DNA of 64,000 bases from an uncultured Gammaproteobacteria bacterium (GCA_963764725.1 CAVXTM010000018.1:640001-704000), one strand, 5' to 3'. Positions 20,062 through 31,036 are shown, numbered from the stretch's first letter. Program-made: numbers and translations. The notes: a model not told the origin generated them from the sequence alone.

Positions 20062-21078
20062 ATGACGAGAATTGAACAACTTCAAAAGACGGGCATCATA
20101 CGCACCGGCTCGCCGAAGAGAGGTTTCAGCTACAAGAAAGCCGATGGTGCCAAGGTTAGAGCTGCGGATCTCTCCCGGATAAGGAATCTGGTAATTCCAC
20201 CAGCCTGGACAGAAGTTGCTATCAACTCGCTGCCTGCTGGCAGGCTGCAAGCAGTTGGCAAAGATGCGGCTGGCCGCTGGCAGTACCTCTACCACGAGAA
20301 TCACACTCGCGCGCAGGAACTGAAGAAGTTTCAGCGGCTCATCAAATTCGCGGAAGCCCTGCCTAAGTTGCGTTCGACCATCAGTCGGCATCTCCGGCAA
20401 CCCGACCTTGGTAGAGAGCGAGTGCTGGCCTGCATGCTTAGAATTCTCTCGTCCTGCTTTATGCGGCCGGGAAGTCAGGTCTATGCAAGCGAAAATGGCA
20501 GTTATGGCATAGCAACGCTGCGGCCAAAGCACGTAAAGGTCAAAGGCGGCGCCGTGGAATTCGATTTCCCTGGCAAGTCTGGGGTGCGCCAACAACGGCA
20601 GTTGAAGGATCGGCCGGTGGCGAAAGTTGTGAGAAGTCTGCTCAAGCACCCCGGCAAGGAAGTTTTTAAGTATCAAAACGGCGACGGCGAGTTTATCAAT
20701 GTCACCAACCGTCACATCAACGAATACATAAAGGCGATCATGGGCGAGAAATTCAGCGCCAAAGACTTTCGCACCTGGGCAGGCACGATTATCTGTGCCT
20801 GCGCCCTGGCGCGTCTGGGAACTGAGACGATCGAGAAAGGCGCGGCTCGCAAGCGAAAGGTGGTGGCCGCAATCAAGGAGACCGCCGAGATGCTTGGCAA
20901 TACGCCAGCGGTTTGTCGCAGCGCTTACATCTGCCCTGGAGTGATCAACAGTTTCGAGGAGGGGCGAATTATTGACGACTATTTTGAAACACTCGAACAA
21001 TTCGTCGCCTATCGCGGCAGGAAACTGCACCGAGCGGAAAACTCACTGCTCAAATTCCTAAAACGCAGCGCGGGCTGA
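20062..21078 (+). CDS. DNA topoisomerase IB (poxvirus-like bacterial type)
   Basis: IPPAWT.V.I, QA.GKDAAGRWQY.Y, R.G..YA..N.SYG..TL, F.GKSG, SAKDFRTW, LGNTPAVCRSAYI (catalytic Tyr). Confidence 0.93.
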   Translation: MTRIEQLQKTGIIRTGSPKRGFSYKKADGAKVRAADLSRIRNLVIPPAWTEVAINSLPAGRLQAVGKDAAGRWQYLYHENHTRAQELKKFQRLIKFAEALPKLRSTISRHLRQPDLGRERVLACMLRILSSCFMRPGSQVYASENGSYGIATLRPKHVKVKGGAVEFDFPGKSGVRQQRQLKDRPVAKVVRSLLKHPGKEVFKYQNGDGEFINVTNRHINEYIKAIMGEKFSAKDFRTWAGTIICACALARLGTETIEKGAARKRKVVAAIKETAEMLGNTPAVCRSAYICPGVINSFEEGRIIDDYFETLEQFVAYRGRKLHRAENSLLKFLKRSAG

Positions 21079-21166
21079 TGGCGTGCCGCTCCGGGTGGCA
21101 TCCCACTTCCCCAGTAAGCTAAGGGCAAGTTCCTGGCACAGGAATTGGCGATTACACTTACCAGTA

Positions 21167-21290
21167 CTTCTCCATGATCGCGACAACATTTTCTCCACAG
21201 ATCTCGATCGGTCGATAAAGAAGCTCGGCTTACGGGTTTTGAAAAGTGCCTACCGGAGTCTCCGCGCGAATGCTGTCTTGTGAGCGCACC
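21167..21290 (+). pseudogene. DDE integrase-core (rve) transposase remnant
   Basis: LLHDRDNIFS..LD.....LGLRVLKS..RS.RANAV-ER. Confidence 0.65.
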
Positions 21291-22069
21291 GATCCCCGAC
21301 GCGAATTGGCGATCGTCCAGTCATAGTCGGTGAAGCGGACCTCATAGTCCAGTGGGATAGGCTCGGGGAGGTACTGATTCACATAGGCGATCCAGCTCGG
21401 TCTGGCCGCAGTGAGAAAGTCCTCGGGATAGAAATCCAACAGCTCGCTCAGGTAGACGAGACGGCTGCTGTGCGCAACCAAGAGATTGCGCGCCTCGGCG
21501 AAAAACTTGCGCGCCTCCCGCTCCAATTCCGCTTCGAGGTCTTTGCCCGTGAACGGCGTGCGCGGGAGTATGGGGCAATCCAGGGCGCTGCAGTTCAGGG
21601 CAAAGTGTACGCGCGGGTCACCGAGCGGACGGATGATATCGTTTTCGTACTGGTAGAGCGACAGCCGGCGGTTGCCGATCACCAGCTTGCGCAGATAAAA
21701 GAACTTGACCTTGGCCAGACCAGCATGCGTCTCCGGGATCCCCGCCTCCAAGACGTTGTACATCGACAAGGCGTTATAGCTGTTGATGTAGTGGGCGAGC
21801 CGATCATTGGGGGTCGCGAATTGGTGGTCGGGCGTCCGCGCGACGTAGGCGATGTAATGGTCGAGGTCCGCTCGATCGCGGGCTAGCGCCGGAAAATCCA
21901 CTTCGCCGCGCTCGTTGACGTAGCGGGCTAAGACTCGCGCATAGGCCTCGAGCGGTGCTCCGCGCGCGGGATCGGGCGGGTACTGTGGTGCTTGCACCAG
22001 GGTCGCACAGGCTTGCAGTGTCAGTTGTAGCAATACGAAGAAATAGACTGCGCTGCGCTTCACCGTCAC
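21230..22069 (-). CDS. DUF547 domain lipoprotein
   Basis: LA.YINSYNA, SL..YEN..IR..GDPRVHFALNC.A..CP, Y.EDF, YDW..N; LQAC lipobox. Confidence 0.88.
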   Translation of the reverse strand: MTVKRSAVYFFVLLQLTLQACATLVQAPQYPPDPARGAPLEAYARVLARYVNERGEVDFPALARDRADLDHYIAYVARTPDHQFATPNDRLAHYINSYNALSMYNVLEAGIPETHAGLAKVKFFYLRKLVIGNRRLSLYQYENDIIRPLGDPRVHFALNCSALDCPILPRTPFTGKDLEAELEREARKFFAEARNLLVAHSSRLVYLSELLDFYPEDFLTAARPSWIAYVNQYLPEPIPLDYEVRFTDYDWTIANSRRGSVRSQDSIRAETPVGTFQNP

Positions 22070-22087
22070 GGCCCCGTGGTATCGCCA

Positions 22088-23522
22088 CTACGACTCTTGT
22101 TGATCGGCATGTGCGTGGGCTAACGCCCGCTGGCGGGCACGACCCTTGAGGTATTTCAAGGGATAGACGAAGGTCGAATGGATCCCGGGCGGTGGTTGTC
22201 GCGATCCCGAATTCGCGGACTCGGTGCCTGTGGATCCATGCGTTACCGCACCTGCTTCGGCAGCCGCCTCGCTCGGCAGAATGTACCGATCGCGTTTGGC
22301 GTTGTACAGACACATCGACATCGGTCCTTCCGCGGTGGCCACCATGAAGACGCAAGCCTGTACCCGGTCGGGCTCTAACCGCGAGGCGTCCATGAAATTG
22401 TGAATAACGAAGGAGAGTTTGTTAATCCGTCCCCGCGCCGACCGCAAGTCACGGCGCGCCGACCAGAGCGTCTTGCCCAACCAGCGTGCGCCTTTCCACC
22501 ACAATGTCGGAGCTTTTGCAAAGGCGGCGAGGGCGGCGCGAACTGCGGCCTTGCGCTTGGTACGCTCGAACGTTACGTTGGCGGTGGCTTGGAGAAGCGG
22601 CACGATGAAGCCCGGATCATCGTAAAAGTCATAGAGGTTACCGTTAATCGCAAAGGCCATCGCGTAACGGTTACAATGCGGGTGGCCCGCGGCCAAGGTA
22701 TCGAAGCTCAGCGGAATACCGGCCCCCTCTTGAATCTTCTCGATGACCGATTGCTGATGGATGATGGGTGCGCGTTCGCGAAGGATGCCGCGCCCGGTGT
22801 CGGCCTGTAACTGAAAGGAGATGAGGGAGACAACATCGGTGTGTGCACGGAAGAACCGCACGAGTTGGGGGATCTCCACAAAGTTGCGGGCGTAGATGGT
22901 CGTATTGAAGAAAACCGCCAATGGAAGGCCTCGGGCCCGGCTGATGTACTTCTCGCGCACGGAATTGAGATCTGCTTCTGACTCGATAGCCCTTGCGCCC
23001 TTGGGTGGTATCGACATGAAAGGCGACGTCGCTGAGCCCAACGGCGCAGAGATCTTCCAATAAATCGCGGGTCGCGAGTATTCCATTGGTAAAGAGCGAC
23101 GCGCGCATGCCCAATTCGGTGATGCGCCGGACGATACTCACCAACTCCGCGCGCTTGCGCAGCGTGGGATCGCCGCCCGACACCTGCACGTCGGTGTCTT
23201 TGCCGTAATGGCGATGGATAAGATCAATCCGGCGAAAGATCTCCTCTAGCGGGATATCCTGAACGGCTTCGGAGTGCTCGGAGAGATAGCAAAGGGTGCA
23301 ATCCAGATTGCAGCGCTGTGTGATCTCGAGGGAAACACAGCCGATGGGCCAGCGGCGCCCGGCAATCTGGTTGGGACCCCACTGGCCGACTTCGACGAGG
23401 CGCTGCCTGAGCCGCTCGTGGTGCCCATCGCTGTCTGGGGGCTGCGTGTCAGGCCCCCAGGCCTCGATCTCCTCGGGGCTAAGATAGTTGATCTCCAGTC
23501 CGTCGGCCTGATGCAGCGTCAC
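22088..23522 (-). pseudogene. Radical SAM enzyme of the Tes/GDGT-MAS (MJ0619)-like family, single frameshift near 22985
   Basis: EITQRCNLDCTLCY, SGGDPT, FTNG; C-terminal HPHC and FMDA....RVQAC.F.....G..SMCLYN; ORFs 22671..23576 and 22088..23086 join at GRKGY/ESEADLN. Confidence 0.8.
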
Positions 23523-23627
23523 GTGCGCTCCCTGTCGGTACCGTCGTCCCACGCCGTTCCAACCCGTGGCTGGCACCGGACGCCGTGGGTTGGGTAGACA
23601 AAAATACGCATCGCCATAGATCTCCCG

Positions 23628-24457
23628 CTAAAGCTCGCGGTCGTTGAGTCTCCAGTCATAGTCCAAATAATCGAGCGGAGCCTGTTCTGTTCCGATCAAC
23701 TCCTGATCCGCTGGCCGATCGGCAAGTAGCTCTGCATGTGCGGCGAGGAATGCCGGTACTGACCGGATGCCGCGGTAACCGCGGCTGAAGTCCTCGGCAT
23801 ACCACTCGAAGATACTCGAGACTTCGAGCGACTGGCTCGCGGCCGAATAACGATTGCGACTGCGATCCGACAGGAAGCGTATGACTTGATCGTCGAGCTG
23901 TGAGTCCAAGCGCGCGCCCACGTAGGCCTCTTCACGCAGCATCGGGCAACCGATCGACGCGCAGTTTACGGCCATATGGATGCGCGGGTCGTCGAAGGCG
24001 CCGGGTTTACGGATGATCTCATGCTCGATGTCGTCTAGGCTTTGTTCCTGACCTAGCAGCATAAAAAACCGCTGTTTCCAGGGACTTCGTAACAGGCTGG
24101 CCAGGTCCTTGATCGATTCGAGTTTCGGGTAGCGGGTAAGAATGAGTTTTAGCGTAAATGCATTGTAGGCATTGCATTGATGAGGAAGGCCAATCGATCG
24201 CGCTTGTCCCAAGCCGCGAATTCCCGCGCGGTGACTCGGGAAAGCACGGCGAGATAGTTCTGCAACCGCCCACTGTCGGCCTGCAGAGCTGCGTAGGCGA
24301 CGCGCGAAGCCCGCCCTTGGTCCATCAACACGACGTGCTTGCCGAGCAGTTCGGTCCAGGCGCGGTGACTGAGATCGAACTCGTCCGCCTTGATCATTTG
24401 TACAGGAAACAGCAGCACCGCTAACAGCGGAAACAAAATCTTCATAATCATCGTCAT
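23628..24457 (-). pseudogene. Secreted DUF547 domain protein, frameshifted by a 5-bp duplication
   Basis: Signal peptide; LAFLINA/YNAFT; DPRIHMAVNCASIGCP; YDW.LND; GCATT tandem duplicate at 24169-24178. Confidence 0.85.
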
Positions 24458-24698
24458 TATAGGCCTATCCGGTTAAACCGGGACAACCTGGACACCGTCC
24501 TCGGCCATCGATACGGCGTTCACCGTCAAGGGTTGCGTTAAGCAGCATGAGCATGAATGAGAGTACTGTAGGCGCCCACATCTTCGCTGATGCGCTGGTC
24601 CGGATTCACGGTTTTGCCGTTTGCGCCCATGCTGTTGTTAAGACGATAGTAAACCGGATGCTCTAGGTAGCGGTTGACCCATGGCACTTGCAGCCAAA

Positions 24699-25550
24699 CT
24701 AGGGTCTGACGATCGTCTTGTCGGCGCCGGGGCTGCGGTTGAGGTTGTGCCGATGTTCGATGTGCCGTACCGCGAGCCCCGCCGCGAACGCCGCGAGGAA
24801 CCCGTAGGTCGCGATCGATAACGCGAGCCCGTAGGTCAGCGCAATCAGGCCGAGCGTCAGAAAACTCTCCATGCCGAAGGCCTGCTCTCGTTCGTGTCGC
24901 AGGTACACGATCGCTCGGCTCAACGCGAGGCCAAGGGCCCACCCGAGCGCCAGGCCGCCGAGCGTGGCCCATGCGACATCGACGCTCCACCAGCGCGAGC
25001 CGAGCGGCCCGAGTTCATGCAGGCCGAGCACGCCGAGCGCGAGCATCAGGAACGGGAACGCGGCACCGTCGTTCAGGCCGCCTTCGCCGGTCAGGCTGAA
25101 ACGAAGCTGGTCGCGGTCCTTGATGTTGTCAACCTGCACGTCGGAGGCGAGTACCGGGTCGGTGGGCGCGAGGATCGATGCGAGCAGCAGCGCCGTGCCG
25201 AGCGTCAGGCCGAGCGCGATGCCGACGACAACCATCGCGGCGATCGTCAGCACCATCGCGAGCGTCGCCATCAGCACCGGTGCAAGCCACATGCGGTCGG
25301 ACAATGCAACGCGCAGCCGCAGCCCGACGGCGAAAAGCGATATCAGCAGCGCTATCTCGGTCATCATCTCGACGATGCCGGCATCGTTCGGCAAGCCGAT
25401 CTGGATGAAGTCGAAGCCCTGTGGTCCGAGCAGGTACCCGGCGACGAGATACAGTGCCGAGGTGCTGACCGGCAGCTTCTGTCGCCAGGTGTCCGACAGG
25501 CCGATCAGGATCAGCAGCACGCCGATGATTAGGCACCAGGTCGAAAACAT
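24699..25550 (-). pseudogene. CPA1/NhaP-type cation:proton antiporter, C-terminally truncated
   Basis: LAPTDPVLASDV, EGGLNDG.AFP, GFLAAFAAG; ends at about 280 aa, short of the usual TM complement. Confidence 0.8.
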
Positions 25551-25637
25551 AGAAATAGTCAAATGTTGTGTACGAGGCCAAGTCAGGCGGCGATTCTATC
25601 GGTATCTTCCCACATGCCGTCCTTGAAATTCACTCCC

Positions 25638-25870
25638 CACTGCCCACTGCATCCCGAGACGGAACATATGTTCGACGACAAGCTCATCGGCAAGATGAAC
25701 GTAGCGCGTATATCGTCAATACGGCGCGTGGCAAGATCTGTGACCGTGACGCGGTTGTGCGGGCGCTTGAGAGCGGGCAGCTCGCCGGGTACGCCGGGGA
25801 TGTGTGGTTCCCGCAGCCGCCACCGAAGGATGACTCGTGGCGGACAATGCCGCACCATGGCATGACGCCA
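25638..25870 (+). pseudogene. fdh: NAD-dependent formate dehydrogenase, internal fragment
   Basis: CPLHPETEHMF..., frameshift, AYIVNTARGKICDRDAV..ALESGQLAGYAGDVWFPQP....WRTMPHHGMTP. Confidence 0.85.
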
Positions 25871-25927
25871 AGCATCGTTCTAAAAGTGCCGTGCCCATAA
25901 ACTATAGACAAACCAGGGTGCTGTACT

Positions 25928-26923
25928 ATGATGAGATGTCGTTTTGAAGACCCCCATGAGGCACCGTCCCGGGCGATGGAGCCAGCCAACATCGCGGCGG
26001 TCCATGAATATGCCAGTCGGCTGCGGACTCAGCCGGGGGTGAAGCGGGTAGTGACCCGTTACCAGCAGTCCTACAGCCAGATCGCCCTCAACCCCGGCAC
26101 CCTTAAGCCCAAGGAGCGCTACGCCAGCGGCCCCTACATCATGCTTAATGTTTATTACGACGGCGATTCGCAGTCAAAACAGACGCAGGATCTGGTTAAG
26201 CGGATTCGCCAGGTGCCGGCCCCGGAGCGGTTCGAAGCGGAGGTTGGCGGCGAGACGGCCGCCCTGGTCGATCTGCTGGCGGCCCTGCGCGAATACATCC
26301 CCTATGCCCTGGCGATTATCGTGGGGACGCTGTTTATTCTCCTGATGATAATGCTCCGCAGGCTGCTCATTCCGCTCAAGGCGATCGTCATGAATATTCT
26401 GGCTTTGTCGGCTGCCTTTGGCGCCCAGGTTTGGATTTTCCAAGACGGACGTTTTACCGACCTGATTGGCTTTGCCCCGGTCGGCTCAATCGATGCGACC
26501 CAGCCGATTTTGATCTTCGCGATCGCGTTCGGCCTATCGATGGACTACGCCGCATTTCTGCTCAGCCGCATCAAGGAGGAATATGACCGCACCGGCGACA
26601 ACACCCAGGCGGTGGCGGCCGGTGTCCAAAAAACGGGCGGCATCATTACTTCGGCCGCTCTCCTGCTTTTGGTTGTAATCGGATCCTTTGCCACGAGTTC
26701 AATTCCGATCATCCGGCAAATCGGGATTGGCTTGGGACTTGCCATCGCGATTGATGCCGCGATTGTCCGACTCTTCCTGCTACCGGCGACGATGCGACTG
26801 CTGGGTAGGGCGAACTGGTGGCCGGGTGGCCGTAAACGGCCGCCGGGTTCGGACGATGCCAGGCCATCGACGCCAAAGGATCCGGATCTGGTTTGTCGAG
26901 CCGCTGATCGCACAAACGCGTGA
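25928..26923 (+). pseudogene. MMPL/RND transporter, C-terminal half only
   Basis: VGGETA, PLKA...N.L, FGLSMDY..FLLSRIKE, TG.IITSAA, DA.IVR..LLPA.M.LLG..NWW. Confidence 0.8.
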
Positions 26924-27212
26924 TAGTTCACTTCATCCGCACGAACAAGATTCCCTTCGTCCAGGGCCGCATGCGTCATCCCGGTCTATGTCTTCAAAGA
27001 GTCCTCGGAATTCCTCCACCGCGCCGCATGGCTTGCGTCGTTGTCAGCCACACGGGTGGATCATTTTCGTACTGCACCGCGCGCAGAGTCCTGGGTAAGC
27101 TTCTCCTCCCCGCCTGCAATTCTTACAATAAACCCGCACCTTTTACCGGTTCAGTGCACGGCTTCTCTCGTACTTCGCTGAGCATTCGCAGTAAAACAAT
27201 GAGTTACAAAAG

Positions 27213-27228
27213 CGGTATACGCCATGCT
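27213..27228 (+). promoter_or_regulatory. Possible sigma-54 promoter with IHF-like site just upstream
   Basis: CGGTATACGCCATGCT (GG-N10-GC) about 45 bp before ATG 27272; AAACAATGAGTTA resembles WATCAA-N4-TTR. Confidence 0.4.
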
Positions 27229-27271
27229 ACTCAAGCGTCCGCGGCTAAATCAACTTTTGGAGGAAAGGCAT

Positions 27272-28081
27272 ATGGTAACCACATACGATGAAAGTGCGAC
27301 CACGAGAAGCGCACCCTACACTAGCCCGGCAGCGGATGTTATAGCGACGAAGCGGATTTCGTGGGCCGCTGTTGTCGCCGCCGTCATTATTGCGCTAGCG
27401 GTTCAACTAGTCCTGAACATGATAGGCGCAGGAATCGGCTTTAGCGCGATCGACCCGCTGCAAGGCGAAACCCCTAGCGCTACGACCTTTAGCGTAGCGG
27501 GCGGGATTTGGATGGTCGTGTCGAGCATGCTTGCACTGTTTGCGGGTGGATGGCTTGCCAGCTATCTCGCGGGCGTGACGCGCGATGAAGACGGCACGCT
27601 GCACGGTTTGGCCGTCTGGGGTCTTTCCACTCTCTTTGTAGTGCTGTTCTTAATGACGGTGTTCGGCTCTTTGTTGGGAAGCACATTGAACGGTCTCGGT
27701 TACGGAGCAGCGGCAGTGGCGCCGCAGGTGGCCCAACCAGGAACGCCGACGAGTGCTCCGATTAGCGCGGAAGATCTCCGAGTGTTGATCAATCAGCTCA
27801 TTAGTGAGGGCAATACCACGGAAGCATTAATCGATACGGTAGTGGTACGTACGAGGATGAGTCGGGCAGAGGCCATCCAAGCGGTGGAGCAAGCGCAACG
27901 GACAGCGCGCGTCGCGGTAGATAAGACGGCTGAAGCTTTAGCCCACGTAATGCTCTGGGGGGCTTTATCCCTTATCCTCGGCGCAATGGCAGCTGGGTTA
28001 GGGGGTGACATAGGCGCACGTGACGCACGGCGAATCCCTGTACAGAGAATCGAGCCACGCGATCACACGCCGGCGGTTTAA
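27272..28081 (+). CDS. Stress-associated membrane protein (YrzE/TIGR04086-like)
   Basis: RISW.AV.A......A.Q..L..IG.GIG, G.LHGL.VW; GGAGG RBS. Confidence 0.75.
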   Translation: MVTTYDESATTRSAPYTSPAADVIATKRISWAAVVAAVIIALAVQLVLNMIGAGIGFSAIDPLQGETPSATTFSVAGGIWMVVSSMLALFAGGWLASYLAGVTRDEDGTLHGLAVWGLSTLFVVLFLMTVFGSLLGSTLNGLGYGAAAVAPQVAQPGTPTSAPISAEDLRVLINQLISEGNTTEALIDTVVVRTRMSRAEAIQAVEQAQRTARVAVDKTAEALAHVMLWGALSLILGAMAAGLGGDIGARDARRIPVQRIEPRDHTPAV

Positions 28082-28254
28082 AACCAACAGCCTCCCTTTT
28101 TCGGTTTCGGTCTTTACCGGGCGACCGGCCTCCCACGGTCAGGTATGAACGCTAAAGCGTAATCTGAAGTTAACGATGGCCGCGCTATGGAGAGAAGGGC
28201 GAGCAGACGATTGCTGCGCACGCTTTTATGAACCCAACAAGAGGAGTGTAATTC

Positions 28255-28707
28255 ATGACCAACGACGAGATAATCTCCACCCTTGATGACTTGATTGAAA
28301 CCTCCAAGGATGGGGAATACGGTTTTAACACCTGTGCGGAAAATGTTAAAGACATGCAACTCAAAAAGGTTTTTACAGCGGCGGCGCAGCGATGTGCCGA
28401 AGGCGCCAATGAACTGCAAGAACAAGTACGCCGCTTAGGTGGAGATCCGGACAAACATAGCAGTGTCGCCGGGACCCTTCATCGCGCCTGGGTGGATATC
28501 AAAGCGGCAATCACGGGCAAAGACGAGCAGGCCGTGCTCGAGGAATGCGAGCGCGGAGAAGATGTGGCGAAGAACACCTATGAGAAAGCCTTAGTAAAAG
28601 GCTTACCGGACGATATCCGATCTATCGTTCAGCGCCAGTATCAGGGCGTAGTAGAGAATCATGACCGCGTGCGGGATTTGCGCAACCGGTACCGGCAGGC
28701 GAACTGA
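28255..28707 (+). CDS. PA2169 family (DUF2383) four-helix bundle protein
   Basis: LIETSKDGE.GF, G.LHRAW, ECERGED.A...Y..AL; GAGGAG RBS. Confidence 0.92.
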   Translation: MTNDEIISTLDDLIETSKDGEYGFNTCAENVKDMQLKKVFTAAAQRCAEGANELQEQVRRLGGDPDKHSSVAGTLHRAWVDIKAAITGKDEQAVLEECERGEDVAKNTYEKALVKGLPDDIRSIVQRQYQGVVENHDRVRDLRNRYRQAN

Positions 28708-28850
28708 GCGGTTCAAACGACCATAGGTCGTGACGGACACTGGGGCTATAGCGTGCTTTTGACTAGGCGCCACGTCGGTGTTGAGGTCGCCAATGATCTG
28801 AGGATCTCGGAGCCGACATTGTGCCTCACTGCAAGTACCCCAGTGGTTTC

Positions 28851-30863
28851 ATGCTTCTCAGGATCGCAATCGCCGTAGCCATCCTCTTCGCTGGCGCCGT
28901 AGTGGCGCTGGTGGTGGTCGTCGCAGTCTTCGACTTCAACCGGCTCAAACCGCTCATCACGGCGCGAGTGGCGAACTTTTCGGGACGCCAGCTCGAGATC
29001 GGCGGCGATCTCAACGTTCGCAAGTCGCTGAGCCCAAGTGTGGAGATCTCTGACATCCGGTTCGAGAACGCGAAGTGGGCGAAGGATCCGAAGTTCGTGG
29101 CGATCGAGAAGCTTAGCGTCCGCATCAAGCTGCTCGAATTGCTTCGCGGCCGCGTGGTGATGCCCTATCTGAAGATAGAGGGACTGCGCGTGAACCTCGA
29201 GAAAGACGCGGAGGGCCGGGCCAATTGGCAGTTCACCGGCGCATCCCCGGCAGAGGCCGCGGCCGAGACGATCCTGCCCGAGGGTCGTACAGATTTCCCC
29301 GCCATCGGCAGCCTCAGCGTGCGGGATGCGCGCGTCGTGTATCGTGTCGCCGGCAAGACGTTGCGGGACGCGCAGATCGACGAGGCAACCGGTCACAGCG
29401 ACAACAGGGGGGTCGCGCTCCGAGCGCAGGGGAAATATCAGGAGCGGCCGTCGCAGCTGCGGGTCTATGGAGACTCCGTCGGGCGACTGTGGGCTGCGGA
29501 CCGTCCTTATGCGATCGAGATCAAGCTCGAGACCGGCGCACCCCCTGACACACCCAAGGAGAGGTTCGCGGCGCACGCGAAGGGTACGCTCACCAACGCT
29601 TTCGACCAGGGCCGCTTCGGCTTGAAGCTCACAGTCGAAGGCTCCGACATGGCTCAGCTCTATCCACTCGCAGGCGTCGTGCTTCCCAAGACGCCGCCGT
29701 ACTCGTTGACGGGCATGCTCGGTAACAAAGGCAACGACTGGAGATTCGACGACTTTCAGGGTCGTATGGGCGACAGCGATCTAGCGGGAGACCTCGCCAT
29801 TCGCTCCGCCGCCGATCCACCGCGCATGGACGCACGCTTCGTTTCCGACAAGCTCGACTTCGACGATCTCGCGGGCTTGGTTGGCGCACCGCCCTCAACT
29901 GGAGAAGGGGAGACCGCATCAGCCGAGCAGAAGGCGGAGGCGAAGCAGCAGGAAGCCGAGGAGCGAATCATTCCCGCGACGGCGATCGAGCTCGAGCGCC
30001 TGCACGCCATGGACATACACGCGAAACTGGACGCGAAGCGCGTGAGCACGAAGCGGATCCCCATCGACAACATATCGCTCGCGATCGTGGTCGAAGACGG
30101 GGTGCTGCAGGCCAAGCCGGCTCGCTTCAAGCTCGGCGAAGGAACGATCGACCTTGCAGTGACCCTGCACGCCGATAGGAAGCCGGTGCGGGCCGAGATC
30201 GAGGGAGACCTTCGCAACGTCCCGCTACGGGCGCTGTTCAAGAGCACGGCGTTCCAAGACGAGAGCAGCGGTATGATCGACGGGCGAATGCATCTCCGCT
30301 CCGAGGGTGGCTCGGTGCGCGAGATGGCGGCTCACGTCGACGGGGAGGCCTTCGTCGCGATGTCGCGCGGCAAGATCAGCCACTTGCTGATGGAGCTCAT
30401 CGGGCTCGACGTATTCGAATCGATCGGCGTCGCGATCAGCGGCGACGAGCCGATCGAGATCCGTTGCGCGCTCGCCAAACTCGCGGCAGAAAACGGACGC
30501 GTGAAGGTCGATCCGCTGGTCATGGACACGACCGATACCAAGATCACCGGTAAGGGTGAGGTGGACCTCGCCTCGGAAAAGATCAACGTGCTGGTCACGC
30601 CCCATTCCAAGGACTTTAGCCCGTTCACGTTGAGTTCCCCGATTCGGATCGGCGGCAAGCTCGCCGATCGGGACGTGTTCCCGGACGCCGCGAAATTGGG
30701 CCCCGGCGACAGGCTCAAGCAAATCGTGAGCACGACGTTGTCGGCGATCATCGGCCTGTTGCCGCCGATGGATATGGTGCTCGCCAATGACAGCCCGTGC
30801 CGGGATCTGTTGACTGAAGTGCGCGAGTCGAACACCGAAGTGTCGGAGACACCGGCCCGTTGA
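28851..30863 (+). CDS. AsmA family protein (YhjG-like)
   Basis: N-terminal TM, LEKDAEGRANW, TPPY.L.G, GDSDL.G, LDFDDLAGLVG, IRC, DT.D..I.G.G. Confidence 0.88.
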   Translation: MLLRIAIAVAILFAGAVVALVVVVAVFDFNRLKPLITARVANFSGRQLEIGGDLNVRKSLSPSVEISDIRFENAKWAKDPKFVAIEKLSVRIKLLELLRGRVVMPYLKIEGLRVNLEKDAEGRANWQFTGASPAEAAAETILPEGRTDFPAIGSLSVRDARVVYRVAGKTLRDAQIDEATGHSDNRGVALRAQGKYQERPSQLRVYGDSVGRLWAADRPYAIEIKLETGAPPDTPKERFAAHAKGTLTNAFDQGRFGLKLTVEGSDMAQLYPLAGVVLPKTPPYSLTGMLGNKGNDWRFDDFQGRMGDSDLAGDLAIRSAADPPRMDARFVSDKLDFDDLAGLVGAPPSTGEGETASAEQKAEAKQQEAEERIIPATAIELERLHAMDIHAKLDAKRVSTKRIPIDNISLAIVVEDGVLQAKPARFKLGEGTIDLAVTLHADRKPVRAEIEGDLRNVPLRALFKSTAFQDESSGMIDGRMHLRSEGGSVREMAAHVDGEAFVAMSRGKISHLLMELIGLDVFESIGVAISGDEPIEIRCALAKLAAENGRVKVDPLVMDTTDTKITGKGEVDLASEKINVLVTPHSKDFSPFTLSSPIRIGGKLADRDVFPDAAKLGPGDRLKQIVSTTLSAIIGLLPPMDMVLANDSPCRDLLTEVRESNTEVSETPAR

Positions 30864-30886
30864 AACGCGAAATTTGGATTCAAATG

Positions 30887-30943
30887 GTGCATCTCATTCG
30901 CTTCCATGGTGTGCTCGCGCCTAACGCCAAGCTACATCCCGCC
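30887..30943 (+). pseudogene. IS91-family transposase remnant
   Basis: VHLIRFHGVLAPNAKL, the conserved C-terminal motif of IS91-type Y2 transposases. Confidence 0.65.
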
Positions 30944-30949
30944 ATTCTA

Positions 30950-31036
30950 TTTCATGAGCGCCGCAAGCGCCGTGGTGAGCACGAGCGAGGTGAGCAGCAG
31001 GAAACCGATGACGAGTACCATACCGAACGACAAGAG
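30950..31036 (-). pseudogene. YihY/BrkB family membrane protein fragment
   Basis: Manual translation: LLSFGMVLVIGFLLLTSLVLTTALAAL. Confidence 0.55.

Noticed and set aside
20023-21030. 335-aa antisense ORF opposite topoisomerase IB, and similar long shadow ORFs such as 34784..35623, 48621..49715 and 55574..56827
   Set aside because: No motifs; long antisense frames are expected from codon bias in GC-rich genes.
22975-22995. Programmed frameshifting in the radical SAM gene
   Set aside because: No slippery heptamer or homopolymer run at the shift; a mutation or sequencing error is simpler.
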